Assembly (NCBI GenBank): GCA_963700635.1
Contig: CAVOYH010000003.1
Coordinates: 1,088,001 to 1,152,000 of the forward strand
Length of the DNA: 64,000 bases
Reading direction: 5' to 3'
DNA from: an uncultured Bacteroidota bacterium
GTDB taxonomy: Bacteria; Bacteroidota; Ignavibacteria; UBA10030; UBA6906
Made by a program: the position numbers and the translations under genes. Position 1 is the first letter of the stretch; each line of letters begins with the position of its first letter. The notes below the pieces were generated by a model. It saw only the letters and a list, made by a program, of their open reading frames with translations. It was not told the origin of the DNA and made no database searches. Below are positions 48,099 to 58,432 of the stretch, in pieces.

Positions 48099-48992
48099 AT
48101 GTCACATCCCGGGTCGTTTCGAATCGGATTGGTGCAGATGTCCATGTCTGCGGATCCCGCAGTCAATCTTGCCAGAGCTGTTACGTTTGTCAAACAGGCC
48201 GCAGCAAAAGGCGCGCAGGTTATCTGTCTGCCGGAGCTCTTCCGGTCGCACTATTTCTGCCAGCGCGAAGACGTGGGGCGTTTTGATCTGGCGGAATCTG
48301 TTCCCGGACCTTCAACGCAGGCGATCGGTGAAGTGGCGAAGGCGAAAGGAGTTGCCGTCATTGTGCCCGTGTTCGAACGTGTTGCAGCCGGTGTGTACTA
48401 TAATAGTGCCGCAACAGTCGATGCCGATGGTTCCATTGTCGGATTCTACCGCAAGATGCATATTCCCGATGATCCGTCGTATTATGAAAAATTCTATTTT
48501 GCACCGGGTGATCTGGGTTTCAGGGCCTCGGACACGGCCTTCGGAAGAATCTCCACGTTGATTTGTTGGGACCAATGGTTCCCGGAAGGGGCACGACTCT
48601 CCGCGATGCAGAACGCTTCTGTGCTGTTCTATCCGACGGCGATCGGCTGGCATCCGCATGAAAAACAGAAACACGGAAGTACGCAGCAGGATGCCTGGCA
48701 AACCGTCCAGCGGGGCCACGCGATTGCCAATGGCATCTATGTCGCGGCGGTAAACCGTACAGGGATCGAGAAAGAGAGTCCCGACGGCGCCGGCATTGAG
48801 TTCTGGGGATCCTCATTCATCTGCGATCCACAGGGCGTCATACTTGCTGAGGCGTCAGCGGACAAGGAAGAGATTCTCCTGGCGGAGGTGGATCTTGATC
48901 ATCTTGAAACAGTCCGCCGGCACTGGCCGTTTTTCCGGGACCGGCGGATTGACATGTACGGAGATCTGTTGAACCGGTTTGGCACACCATGA
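48099..48992 (+). CDS. aguB: N-carbamoylputrescine amidase (nitrilase family)
   Basis: 'LPELF', 'YRKMHIPDDP..YEKFYF', 'ICWDQWFPE', 'PTAIG'; coupled to agmatine deiminase. Confidence 0.9.
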   Translation: MSHPGSFRIGLVQMSMSADPAVNLARAVTFVKQAAAKGAQVICLPELFRSHYFCQREDVGRFDLAESVPGPSTQAIGEVAKAKGVAVIVPVFERVAAGVYYNSAATVDADGSIVGFYRKMHIPDDPSYYEKFYFAPGDLGFRASDTAFGRISTLICWDQWFPEGARLSAMQNASVLFYPTAIGWHPHEKQKHGSTQQDAWQTVQRGHAIANGIYVAAVNRTGIEKESPDGAGIEFWGSSFICDPQGVILAEASADKEEILLAEVDLDHLETVRRHWPFFRDRRIDMYGDLLNRFGTP

Positions 48993-50053
48993 CACCCCGC
49001 ATGACACAGCCCTTTACCATGCCTGCTGAGTGGGACCGGCACGAAGCCACCTGGATCGGCTGGCCCGCCAACGTGACGGATTGGCCCGGAAAATTCGCCC
49101 CGATCTCCTGGGTGTTCGGAGAGATGGCGCGGAAAATTACGCCGGGAGAACACCTCCGCATTCTCGTGAACAACCCCGCACACGAAACCAGGGCCCGGAG
49201 AGTGCTTCTGCGTGCCGGCGTCGATCTCGCTCAGGTATCGTTTTTCAGAGTGCCGACAAACCGTGGCTGGACACGCGATATGGGACCGATGTTCGTCCGT
49301 TCAGAAGAAACCGGCCAGACCGCAATTGTCCGGTTCCGTTTTACGGCCTGGGCAAAGTATCCGGATTACAAAAAAGACGATGCGGTGCCACTCCGTGCCG
49401 CAGAGAAATTGCGGAAGCATCTTATTCCGGTGACACACGAAAACCGGGATGTCGTACTCGAAGGGGGAAGTATAGAGGTCAACGGAAAAGGCACACTCCT
49501 GACTACCGAAGAGTGCCTCTTGCACCCGACCATACAGATCCGCAATCCGGGGTTCACACGCCAGTCATACGAGGACGTCTTCCGGACCTACCTGGGCGCC
49601 ACGAATGTGATCTGGCTGGGGAACGGCATTGCGGGGGATGATACACACGGACATGTGGACGACCTCTGCAGATTTGTCAACGATCACACGGTGGTGATCG
49701 TGGAAGAGAAGAACCCCGCCGACGCCAACTACAATGCCTGCCGTGACAATATCGAACGGCTTCGGAGTGCGCGACTCCAGGATGGATCGTCTCTTGAGAT
49801 CGTGCCGCTGCCAATGCCGGCGCCGCTGACTTTTGACGGCCAACGGTTGCCGGCCAGTTATGCCAACTTCTACATCGCTAATGCGGCTGTGATCGTGCCT
49901 ACGTTCAATGATCCGAACGACCGCACCGCACTGGGTATTCTTGGAGAACTCTTTCCTGACAGGCCCGTGGTGGGAATCCATGCGGTGGATCTTGTGCTGG
50001 GGCTGGGTACGCTGCATTGCCTGACGCAGCAACAGCCCGCAGGGCAGGGATGA
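48989..50053 (+). CDS. aguA: Agmatine deiminase
   Basis: 'MPAEW', 'WTRD.GP', 'EGGSI', 'DDTHGHVD', 'ASYANF', 'GTLHCLTQQQP'. Confidence 0.92.
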   Translation: MTPRMTQPFTMPAEWDRHEATWIGWPANVTDWPGKFAPISWVFGEMARKITPGEHLRILVNNPAHETRARRVLLRAGVDLAQVSFFRVPTNRGWTRDMGPMFVRSEETGQTAIVRFRFTAWAKYPDYKKDDAVPLRAAEKLRKHLIPVTHENRDVVLEGGSIEVNGKGTLLTTEECLLHPTIQIRNPGFTRQSYEDVFRTYLGATNVIWLGNGIAGDDTHGHVDDLCRFVNDHTVVIVEEKNPADANYNACRDNIERLRSARLQDGSSLEIVPLPMPAPLTFDGQRLPASYANFYIANAAVIVPTFNDPNDRTALGILGELFPDRPVVGIHAVDLVLGLGTLHCLTQQQPAGQG

Positions 50054-50105
50054 ATGTTGATGGATGGTTACCTACAGGCTGGCAGTACCACAGGACACGT
50101 GCGAC

Positions 50106-50630
50106 ATGGAACTTGAAAAACAACTTCTTGCAGAACACAGCAGGCACAACACCGACCGTATTGTCCGCTGGGTGGGCCGGGATCCCCGACGGCTTGCCAG
50201 GGTGATGAAGATATTTCTCGGAAGTGATGCCCTGTTGACGCAGCGGTCTGCCTGGATCGTGGGTGTGCTTGCAGATCACCACCCCGCGATGCTGGAGCCC
50301 TGGCTCGGGAAGATGATCCGCAAAATGAAGGAACCGGGCGTCCACAATGCGGTTCGCCGGAATGTGGTGCGCGCGCTTCAATTTATGGAGATTCCCCCGC
50401 GCCAGCTTGGAACAGTTGCGGCAGTATGCTTCGACGAACTTACTTCGGGTGGGAGTCCGGCCGCCGTGAAAGCATCAGCAATGAGTGTGCTTGCCCGGAT
50501 TGCCCGGCGTGAGCCTGACCTCGCTAGAGAAGTGCGCCTCGTGATTGAGCAGCAACTCCCCTATGCACCCGGGTCGTTCCATGCCCGGGCACGCAAGATT
50601 CTCCCATCCATCTCCCGGCAGGCCTTATGA
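50106..50630 (+). CDS. Hypothetical HEAT-like helical protein
   Basis: Operonic ORF; 'QRSAW', 'HNAVRRNVVR', 'PAAVKA'. Confidence 0.7.
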   Translation: MELEKQLLAEHSRHNTDRIVRWVGRDPRRLARVMKIFLGSDALLTQRSAWIVGVLADHHPAMLEPWLGKMIRKMKEPGVHNAVRRNVVRALQFMEIPPRQLGTVAAVCFDELTSGGSPAAVKASAMSVLARIARREPDLAREVRLVIEQQLPYAPGSFHARARKILPSISRQAL

Positions 50631-51760
50631 CTCATTCCACGGGACTATGGCTTCTCCTGTGTTGGATTTTTTATGCCGGCCCGCTGAACGAACACGCCTT
50701 CGGGTGGGGAAACACTGCGCACAGAATTATCAACCGGGACGCTGTGCTCCATTTGCCTTCCTCGATGCAACAGCTTGTCAACCAGCGATCGTACCTCGCC
50801 GATCATGCCAGTGATGCCGACTACCGGAAATCGTCCGATACTGCCGAATATCCGAAACACTATCTGGATCTCGAAACCTATCCTGATTTCAGCCAGCTTC
50901 CACCCCAGCTTGGGCTGGTTGTCCAGCAGTACGGCTGGAGTACGGTCAAAGCAAACGGTATCCTTCCGTGGGCGACTGCATGGGCTGTTGACTCACTGGT
51001 AGTCCAGGCGCGGCGGGGGGACATGACGAAGGTGTATCAAACGGCCGCCGACATCGGTCATTACATCGGAGACGCATTCCAGCCCCTTCATTGCACGATC
51101 AACTATGACGGCAAGTTGACGGGCAACGACGGAATCCACTCCCGGTATGAATCGAGTATGATAAACCAGTATCAAACGGCACTCAGCGTTTCGGCCCAGC
51201 CGCTCCACCTGGTGGCAGATCCGTATGTGTATGTGTGCAATCTGATAATCGGGTCGAATGCTCTGGTGGATTCAATCCTGCGAGCGGACAATGCCGCGAA
51301 AGTCGCCTCGGGATGGAGTGGCAGCGGGACAGTGCCAGCCGCGTACTATGCGGCGTTATGGCAGAGGGTCGGGCCTATGACAGCGCAACTGGTACAGGAC
51401 GCGACGATCGCTGTTGCTTCTCTCTGGCAGTACGCGTGGATGCAGGCAGGACTCATCGACCCTCTGGCGGTGACCGGCGCCGTAACGTTGCCGGGGACGG
51501 CCACGCTTCTGCAAAACTATCCCAATCCCTTCAATTCTTCGACCAGCATTCCCTTCACCGTGGCACAATCCGGCCCCACCCGGATTACCATCCGCACACT
51601 TCTCGGGCAGGAGATCGCCGTGTTGTATGACGGCATTGCGACTGCGGGGGAGATGCATCAAGTACGGTTTGACGCGGGTCATCTGGCCACCGGAGTATAT
51701 CTCTACGAGCTCCACAATGCTGGCCGGAGCCAGGTCCGGCGCCTCCTCCACCTGCGATAA
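50627..51760 (+). CDS. S1/P1-like nuclease / Zn-dependent phospholipase C family protein with T9SS C-terminal domain
   Basis: 'WG..AHRIIN', 'ADYR', 'HYLD', 'GILPW', 'HYIGDAFQPLH', 'GIHSRYES'; C-terminal 'LQNYPNPFN'. Confidence 0.88.
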   Translation: MTHSTGLWLLLCWIFYAGPLNEHAFGWGNTAHRIINRDAVLHLPSSMQQLVNQRSYLADHASDADYRKSSDTAEYPKHYLDLETYPDFSQLPPQLGLVVQQYGWSTVKANGILPWATAWAVDSLVVQARRGDMTKVYQTAADIGHYIGDAFQPLHCTINYDGKLTGNDGIHSRYESSMINQYQTALSVSAQPLHLVADPYVYVCNLIIGSNALVDSILRADNAAKVASGWSGSGTVPAAYYAALWQRVGPMTAQLVQDATIAVASLWQYAWMQAGLIDPLAVTGAVTLPGTATLLQNYPNPFNSSTSIPFTVAQSGPTRITIRTLLGQEIAVLYDGIATAGEMHQVRFDAGHLATGVYLYELHNAGRSQVRRLLHLR

Positions 51761-51939
51761 CGTACATTCCTGTTCCGGAAAAATCCGTCTGAATCCTGTC
51801 TGATCCCCTCCCTCTGCTTCGGTGGCCAGGAACTTCACAAGCCCATCGCGGGTTACGATAGAACAGGATTGTTATCCGCCCCGACGAAGAGAGAGCCATC
51901 TTCAACTATCACACACCCACACCCAGGAGGACAAGTGCC

Positions 51940-52683
51940 ATGCGGAGACGAATTGTGGTGAATTTGGGCAAATTTGTGTGCGTGATGTCGTTCACCGTGG
52001 CGATCGTCGGATGCGGATCGTCAAAAATATTCTTTGCCAATTTTGAAGCTGATGCTGTGGGCGGCCTTCCGGTTGAAAATCCACCCGGCGATCCTGCCGG
52101 AGATCTGATCTGGTTATCCACATCAACGCTGAATGGCATCGTGGCCGTCTCTAATTCGGGCGAACTCCCGGGCAAGACGATGCGCTACGCAAATGTGAAT
52201 GTCCCCCTCTACAACCGGTATGTCGGCTTCTTATCAAAGGAAGTGAGCCTCTCCTCCAATGCCAAGCTCTATGCGTACTGGAACGGGTATATTGTGAACG
52301 ACGTCAATGGTTCGGGACTGGAAATCTGGCTGGGGAATTCCCACTTCATGGCGCTTGCGCTGCTTCGCTTCAAGGACGGCAAAGTGTACTATCAAACCGG
52401 GCCTGGTTCGCCATCACCCTATGTCGAGGCGGGGACGTATGTCCCGAACAAGAGCCACTTCATTCTTATCACGGTGGACAAGGCGACATCCCAGTACACC
52501 GTCGGCATAATTCAATCGGGCGGCGGCGGGACAATCAACATCGGTCCACGGGCAGTGCTCAATGGCGCGGCGCTGGCGACATCACGCCCGACGCTCTATA
52601 TGCTCTATAACGAAGAAAAAAACGGAGCGGGAAAATATTTTATTGACAATGTGACGATCAGCGAGAAAGAACCGGATATGTAG
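51940..52683 (+). CDS. Hypothetical lipoprotein (beta-rich, possibly lectin-like)
   Basis: RBS AGGAGG; lipobox 'IVGC'; C-terminal 'YFIDNVTI'. Confidence 0.75.
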   Translation: MRRRIVVNLGKFVCVMSFTVAIVGCGSSKIFFANFEADAVGGLPVENPPGDPAGDLIWLSTSTLNGIVAVSNSGELPGKTMRYANVNVPLYNRYVGFLSKEVSLSSNAKLYAYWNGYIVNDVNGSGLEIWLGNSHFMALALLRFKDGKVYYQTGPGSPSPYVEAGTYVPNKSHFILITVDKATSQYTVGIIQSGGGGTINIGPRAVLNGAALATSRPTLYMLYNEEKNGAGKYFIDNVTISEKEPDM

Positions 52684-52732
52684 CGGGCCGAAAGAATCCA
52701 TGTCTGCGGCATGAAGGGCATGGCCGCGTACA

Positions 52733-52768
52733 CAAAGACCCCGGCAGCGACATCTGCCGGGGTCTTTG
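52733..52768. terminator. Bidirectional terminator between convergent genes
   Basis: 15-bp perfect stem CAAAGACCCCGGCAG/CTGCCGGGGTCTTTG. Confidence 0.75.
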
Positions 52769-52826
52769 CTTTACACCCTGCACCCTTGAAAGTTCCTTGT
52801 TGTTTCGGGGACGGCGCCGGTCTTCC

Positions 52827-53912
52827 TTATGAATGCCGTATCGAAATAATATCTCCGTCCTTGACGCTGTATTCCTTCCCCTCCAGCCGCCACTGCCCGG
52901 CGTCCTTTGCTTTTGCAAAGGATCCTCCGTGGAGCACGAAGTCATCATTGTGAACAACCTCTGCGCGGATAAACTTGTTGAAAAAATCAGAATGGATGAC
53001 ACCGGCGGATTCCTGGGCATTCATGCCCTTGCGTATCGTCCATGCCCGGCATTCGTCCTCGCCAACAGTGAAGAACGACAGTAATCCGAGGAGCAGGTAG
53101 GCTTCGCGAATAAGCGTGTCGAGCGCAGACTCTTTGATGCCGTACTCCGCCATAAACGCGTTGGCCTCTTCTTCCGGGAGTTCGGACATTTCCATGTCAA
53201 TCTTTCCGAAGAATGAAAGGACCTTGGTCTGGGGTCCGGCCTTCTTTTGCGCCACCGCGGCAACCGCATCCGCAGCGATGTCCTGCTGATCTTCATCAAG
53301 ATTGAGAGCGATCAACATCGGTTTCATTGTGAGAAACTGATAGGTTTTCAGCAGGTGGAGTTCTTCTTTGAGGAAGGGTTCGTCCCGGAGAGGTTTTTCC
53401 TGTTCGAGCAGTTGAAGACATTTCTCCAGAAGAGGGAGCTCCCGTTTTAAGGTCTCGTCCTGCGTCTTGATCAGCTGTTTCCGGATCCTGTCGATGCGGG
53501 TCTCCAGCATGGCGAGGTCGGCCAGGATAAATTCTGTTTCAAAGGAGCTGACATCGCGGAGCATATCCACTGTGCCGTCGGGATGTGCGACAGTCTCATC
53601 GGTGAAGCCCCGGACCACCTGGATCAGCGCGTCGTTGTTTTTTACGTTGCCAAGGAAGTTCGTCGTAAATTGTGTCGACCCGGACTCCCCCTTTTTTAAT
53701 CCTATCACATCCACAAATTCTATTGTGGCGTGGACTGTGCGTTTTGGCGAAAACAGCTCAGTGAGTTTGTCCAGACGGGCGTCTGGAACCTTTACCACCC
53801 CGTGATGCGTTTCAGCCCGTGAAAGGGCTGCCGGATCGAGGTGAGTCCGCGTAATTGCCTGGAACAGGGTGGACTTGCCGGAAAAGGGCAGCCCGACGAT
53901 ACCGATCTGCAT
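52827..53912 (-). CDS. ychF: Redox-regulated ATPase YchF
   Basis: 'GIVGLPFSGKSTLF', 'VPDARL', 'FFTVGEDECRAWTI', 'AGVIHSDF', 'EGKEY.VKDGD'. Confidence 0.95.
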   Translation of the reverse strand: MQIGIVGLPFSGKSTLFQAITRTHLDPAALSRAETHHGVVKVPDARLDKLTELFSPKRTVHATIEFVDVIGLKKGESGSTQFTTNFLGNVKNNDALIQVVRGFTDETVAHPDGTVDMLRDVSSFETEFILADLAMLETRIDRIRKQLIKTQDETLKRELPLLEKCLQLLEQEKPLRDEPFLKEELHLLKTYQFLTMKPMLIALNLDEDQQDIAADAVAAVAQKKAGPQTKVLSFFGKIDMEMSELPEEEANAFMAEYGIKESALDTLIREAYLLLGLLSFFTVGEDECRAWTIRKGMNAQESAGVIHSDFFNKFIRAEVVHNDDFVLHGGSFAKAKDAGQWRLEGKEYSVKDGDIISIRHS

Positions 53913-54078
53913 GAGAGAGCTCGTTTTATGGAGGGGAACATCTCAAGATACAAAATTGCCGGGATTTATGCTGGGGAGGAGAGGGGCGCTGTGTGCGAAT
54001 TGAGTTATCCTGTCCATGCGCAACTTTCTGCGCCCATTTTTCGTTACGTTCTGTATCATTGTTCAGGAGATTCGGCAC

Positions 54079-54744
54079 ATGTTCCTCGGTCATTATGCAG
54101 TCGCCTTGGCGGCAAAAAAAGCAGCACCCCAAACTTCCCTGGGGACACTCTTCATCGGCGCCCAGTTTATTGATCTGCTGTGGCCCATCTTCTTGCTCGC
54201 CGGTGTGGAACACGTACGGCTGGATCCGGGCAATACCGCGGTGACTCCCCTGGATTTTTACCACTATCCTTACTCCCATAGTCTACTCGGCGTGGTGCTC
54301 TGGTCCGTGGCGCTTGGTGGCGTGTACTACGGAATCCGCCGTTCGTGGCGCGGCTCCCTTGTACTGGGGGGAGCGGTGCTGAGCCACTGGGTACTGGACC
54401 TGCTCACGCACCGTCCTGATTTGCCTCTCGGTTTTTCCGGTGACGCGCGCGCCGGTTTCGGACTCTGGAATTCACTTCCACTCACGATGATCGTGGAGCT
54501 GGGGATGTTTGCCGGCGGATTGGCGCTGTATCTCCGCTCAACGGAGAAGAAGGACGGGATAGGCGTGTACGGGCTGTGGGCGCTTGTTCTTGTGCTTGCC
54601 GGAATTTATCTGGCGAATCTCTTCGGGCCCCCTCCCCCGAATGTTGAGATGATCGGTGTTGCGGCGAATGCAAGCTGGCTGTTCGTGTTGTGGGCGTACT
54701 GGGTGGACCGACACCGGCGCACAGACGATGGTCCTTCTGCTTGA
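54079..54744 (+). CDS. Membrane-bound metal-dependent hydrolase-like protein
   Basis: 'MFLGH', 'DLLWP', 'YPYSHSL', 'SHWVLDLLTHRPDL'. Confidence 0.8.
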   Translation: MFLGHYAVALAAKKAAPQTSLGTLFIGAQFIDLLWPIFLLAGVEHVRLDPGNTAVTPLDFYHYPYSHSLLGVVLWSVALGGVYYGIRRSWRGSLVLGGAVLSHWVLDLLTHRPDLPLGFSGDARAGFGLWNSLPLTMIVELGMFAGGLALYLRSTEKKDGIGVYGLWALVLVLAGIYLANLFGPPPPNVEMIGVAANASWLFVLWAYWVDRHRRTDDGPSA

Positions 54745-54847
54745 CTCCAATTCTCCCGAATCGTATCATGTACCACTTCAATCCCACGACGGGTTGCGCG
54801 GTGGGAGTAACGAGAGGGAACACATTTTTTTTCGAAAGGGTGTATGC

Positions 54848-55399
54848 ATGAAATACCTCACAGCAATCGCTCTGGCTGCAGGGCTTTTTGTGTTCGGGGG
54901 ATGTACAAAAGACACGACCGGAACAGCCGAATTGGGTGAACTTAAGGGAAGTGTTGCGGGAGTGACATGGGGCGTCCCGAAACGGTGGGCTGCAGCCGCG
55001 GAGCGTCCGATGCGCGTGGCGACCTACACAATTCCGGCGGCAGAGGGTGATACGGAAGGCGCCGAGTGCGGGGTGTTTTATTTTGGTCCGGACCAGGGAG
55101 GATTGGTCGATGCGAATATCGACCGGTGGGTTGGACAGTTTGAGCCCACGGACGGACCACATAAATCCACGAAAGAAGTGCACGGCATGAAGGTCACGAT
55201 TGTGCAGATCGGGGGAGCATACCTGAATCCCTCCGGACCGATGATGCAGTCAATGGGAAAGAAAGAAGGGTTCCGTCTTCTGGGTGCCATTGTTGACGGT
55301 CCGCAGGGATCCGTGTTCTTCAAACTGACCGGTCCGGCAAAGGGCATCGCAGCAGCTGAGGCAGAATTTGATACGCTGGTCGGGTCTCTCGCGAAGTAG
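54848..55399 (+). CDS. Hypothetical lipoprotein
   Basis: Lipobox 'FGGC'; 'GGLVDANIDRWVGQF', 'FFKLTGP'. Confidence 0.8.
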   Translation: MKYLTAIALAAGLFVFGGCTKDTTGTAELGELKGSVAGVTWGVPKRWAAAAERPMRVATYTIPAAEGDTEGAECGVFYFGPDQGGLVDANIDRWVGQFEPTDGPHKSTKEVHGMKVTIVQIGGAYLNPSGPMMQSMGKKEGFRLLGAIVDGPQGSVFFKLTGPAKGIAAAEAEFDTLVGSLAK

Positions 55400-55453
55400 T
55401 ATCGATCGTGGAGATCCGGGCATGCCTGATGGACCGAAAGTTGTAGAGTGAAG

Positions 55454-55485
55454 AACCCGGGAGGGAGTGCAAAACCTCCCGGGTT
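55454..55485. terminator. Hairpin between convergent genes
   Basis: AACCCGGGAGG/CCTCCCGGGTT. Confidence 0.65.
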
Positions 55486-56378
55486 TACCGCAGAGTCGCG
55501 ATGCGCACACCGAGCAGAGTCACACCTCCCCCGAGTAATACGGCCAAGGTCACCGGTTCTCCCAGTATGGACGCCGCAACGAACATGGTAATCAGCGGTT
55601 CGACATAGAGCATACTCCCCACCTGAGCCACCGGCAGGGCCTTGAGTGCATCGTACCAGAAGATGTACGCGAGTCCGGAACAGAGTATCCCCAGAAACAG
55701 CATTGCACCCCACCCTTCCACGCTGAGGCGTGTGATCTCCGCGGGTCCGTCCGTGAGCACCCACGGAATCGTGCAGAAAATCCAGCCGCTTCCCATCACA
55801 TACAGCATCATGGGCGCAGCCCGGTGGCGGTACAGGCCCTTCCGCGAATATACGGAAAACAGGGCCCACGTGATGGTGCTGAGTCCGACAAGAATATCTC
55901 CCGGTGCCCCGAACGCACCCCGTGCGAGCAGATGCCAATCGCCGCGGGAAACGACGAGCAGAACGCCAAGCGCCCCGATGACGATGCCCATGAGGTGTTT
56001 TCTGCGGAGAGGCTCATCGAGGACGATCCTGCTCACGAGTGCGATGACCAGCGGTATGGCCGCGACTATCCATGCTGTTGTGGATGCCAGTGCGGTCACG
56101 AGTCCGGCCGCCTGCAACCACTGGTGAAGGGTAATCCCGAGAGCGCCGAGGAGGATAAAAAAGCGCAGGTCATCCCGTTTGGGGAGAAAAAACTCCCGGC
56201 GCAGCGGGACAGCGATGCCGAGCACTGCAACGCCCATCCCTGTTCTGAGCCAGATGACGGTCAGCGGACTGAGCTCCCACAGAGCGATTTTTGTCGCTAT
56301 GAATGATGCCCCCCAGACAATGACTGCGAACAGTGCGCTGGCGTATGCCCGTCCGGGCGAGTCTGCAGCGCTGTTCAC
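55485..56378 (-). CDS. EamA/DMT family transporter
   Basis: About 10 TM helices; 'VWGASFIATK', 'LAYIFWY', 'YVEPLI'. Confidence 0.9.
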   Translation of the reverse strand: MNSAADSPGRAYASALFAVIVWGASFIATKIALWELSPLTVIWLRTGMGVAVLGIAVPLRREFFLPKRDDLRFFILLGALGITLHQWLQAAGLVTALASTTAWIVAAIPLVIALVSRIVLDEPLRRKHLMGIVIGALGVLLVVSRGDWHLLARGAFGAPGDILVGLSTITWALFSVYSRKGLYRHRAAPMMLYVMGSGWIFCTIPWVLTDGPAEITRLSVEGWGAMLFLGILCSGLAYIFWYDALKALPVAQVGSMLYVEPLITMFVAASILGEPVTLAVLLGGGVTLLGVRIATLR

Positions 56379-56677
56379 CTGTTTGTTCTGGCAGCGAGAA
56401 GCGTATTCACCCGGCCAGCAAACTCCACGTCATACTGTGTGATGCCTCCGGCATCATGTGTGGAAAGATCAATCGTTACCCGTCCATAAACGTTTGACCA
56501 TTCCGGGTGATGGTTCAGGCCTTCGGCTACGAGCGCGACACTGCTCATAAATCCGAATGCCTCTACAAAGGAAGGAAAATGGATTGTCCGGTGCAGTTTG
56601 CCGGCAGACACAGTCCAGTCAGGGAGCTTTTTCAGCGATTCTTGAATCTGCTCTTCCGAAAGTCGTTCTCGCTTCAT
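56375..56677 (-). CDS. phhB: Pterin-4-alpha-carbinolamine dehydratase
   Basis: 'AFGFM..VA..AE..NHHPEW.NVY', 'THDAGGIT'. Confidence 0.93.
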   Translation of the reverse strand: MKRERLSEEQIQESLKKLPDWTVSAGKLHRTIHFPSFVEAFGFMSSVALVAEGLNHHPEWSNVYGRVTIDLSTHDAGGITQYDVEFAGRVNTLLAARTNR

Positions 56678-56811
56678 GGTCGTCCCGTCAGGTAGTTGTT
56701 GTTTGTGTATGGTAGATCAAAAGTCGTTTGTATGCAAGTGTCGGGCGTATGGTCTTCCATGCATCTTTCCGGTGTCTTATGTATATTTCTTCATCACGGA
56801 AGGTACACCCC

Positions 56812-58323
56812 ATGGCGATTCTGGCTGCACTTGATGTAGGTTCCAACGCAATGCGGCTGGCCGTTGCGAGTGTCGATGCGGAACGTAATATCACGATCCT
56901 CGACATGGTACGTGAACCGGTTCGTCTCGGCCAGGATGTCTTCACTACAGGAACGATCGCGGAACAGACGATTGAGACTGCCACCGAGGCCTTTCTGCGC
57001 TTCCGTGAAGTCATCAAACGCCATGATGCCCGCTGGACAAGGGCCGTCGCCACGAGCGCGCTGCGTGAGTCGCTCAATCAGGAACTGTTTGTCGACAGGA
57101 TTTCCCAGTCGACAGGCATCGACGTGGAGGTGATTGCTCCGGAGGAAGAAGCCAGGCTTATTTATGCTGCCGTTCTGGCGCGTGTGAATCTGCGTAACAA
57201 GCTGGCGGTGCTTGTGGATATCGGCGGGGGAAGCACGGAAATCACCCTTGCTTCCGACGAAGGGATTCTCTCTACGGAAAGTTACCGGATGGGGGCAGTG
57301 CGCCTTATGCGCACGCTCGGAGAACACGCGCATGGCGAACACCACATCCATCAGCTGATTCAGGAGTACGTAGAGGGTACACAGAAACGTATCCGGAGGG
57401 AGCTGGGCGGGAGGAAGATAGACCTGTGTATCGGCACAGGGGGGAATATGGAGGCATTGGGCGATCTGCGTTGCCAGGAGCTGGGCCGCGATCGGGACAA
57501 CGTCCTGCCTGCACAGGATCTGAAGGCCCTGCTTAAACGTCTGATGAGTCTCTCGTACGAAGAGCGCGTACAACAGCTTCACCTCCGTCCGGACCGCGCT
57601 GATGTGATCATTCCCGCTTCTCTGATAATCCAGAAGATCATGCAGCTTGCGAATGTAACCGAGTTGACGATTCCCCGTGTGGGGCTGAAGGATGGGCTGC
57701 TGGCGGACATGGTGGAAGAGCTGTACGGCGAACGGAAGGCATTACGCCGTGATCAGGTGGTGGCTTCTGCATTACAGGTTGGCAGGAAGTACCAGTTTGA
57801 TGAACCCCATGCCACAACGGTTTCACGATTCGCGGTACAACTGTTTGACAGGACGCGCGAACTGCACCATCTCGGTCTGGAACATCGATTGCTTCTGGAG
57901 GTCGCGGCGCTGGTGCATGATATCGGCGGCTTCGTGGAGGCTGCGGACCACCACAAGCATTCTCAGTATCTCCTCCTGGCTTCACCCATCGTTGGCCTTA
58001 CGCGTGATCAGGTTGTCATTGTGGCGAATATCGCGCGGTACCACCGGAAATCGATGCCGAAGCCACAACACGAATATTACCGCATGCTCTCATCCCGTGA
58101 CAAAGTCGTTGTTTCTAAGCTGGCTGCATTGCTCCGGCTGGCTGATGCGCTGGACAATGAGCACGCATCGAAGGTATCAGAATTCGAGGTGGAATACCGG
58201 AAACCCCGGTTCAGCATCCGTTTGTCGGGAGAGGGTGATCTGCTGCTGGAGAAGTGGGCCCTGGCCAAAAAAGCACAGATGTTCGAGGAGGTGTTCAGTG
58301 TCAAATTCACCGTTGCGGAATAA
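56812..58323 (+). CDS. ppx: Ppx/GppA exopolyphosphatase with C-terminal HD domain
   Basis: 'DVGSNAMR', 'ATSALRE', 'EEARL', 'DIGGGSTE', 'RADVI', 'HDIG', 'HHKHS', 'LRLADALD'. Confidence 0.92.
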   Translation: MAILAALDVGSNAMRLAVASVDAERNITILDMVREPVRLGQDVFTTGTIAEQTIETATEAFLRFREVIKRHDARWTRAVATSALRESLNQELFVDRISQSTGIDVEVIAPEEEARLIYAAVLARVNLRNKLAVLVDIGGGSTEITLASDEGILSTESYRMGAVRLMRTLGEHAHGEHHIHQLIQEYVEGTQKRIRRELGGRKIDLCIGTGGNMEALGDLRCQELGRDRDNVLPAQDLKALLKRLMSLSYEERVQQLHLRPDRADVIIPASLIIQKIMQLANVTELTIPRVGLKDGLLADMVEELYGERKALRRDQVVASALQVGRKYQFDEPHATTVSRFAVQLFDRTRELHHLGLEHRLLLEVAALVHDIGGFVEAADHHKHSQYLLLASPIVGLTRDQVVIVANIARYHRKSMPKPQHEYYRMLSSRDKVVVSKLAALLRLADALDNEHASKVSEFEVEYRKPRFSIRLSGEGDLLLEKWALAKKAQMFEEVFSVKFTVAE

Positions 58324-58432
58324 GCGCCTGGCGCGCAGGGTCCGGCCGGCCGGTGCGCACGTAAGGAGCGCCGGGAAGACGGAGCGGGAATCCGTTCCCC
58401 CGTCCGGCGTCTGTGTGCATTTGAGTCGGGCA

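Noticed and set aside
51829-51854. GGAAC...GTT ECF-like promoter upstream of the lipoprotein gene
   Set aside because: The match is short and could arise by chance, and it cannot be tied to the local ECF sigma factor.
57692-58432. Long N-terminal extension of the CHAD ORF
   Set aside because: It is mostly an alternative frame overlapping ppx with no protein-like signal; CHAD motifs begin after 58433.
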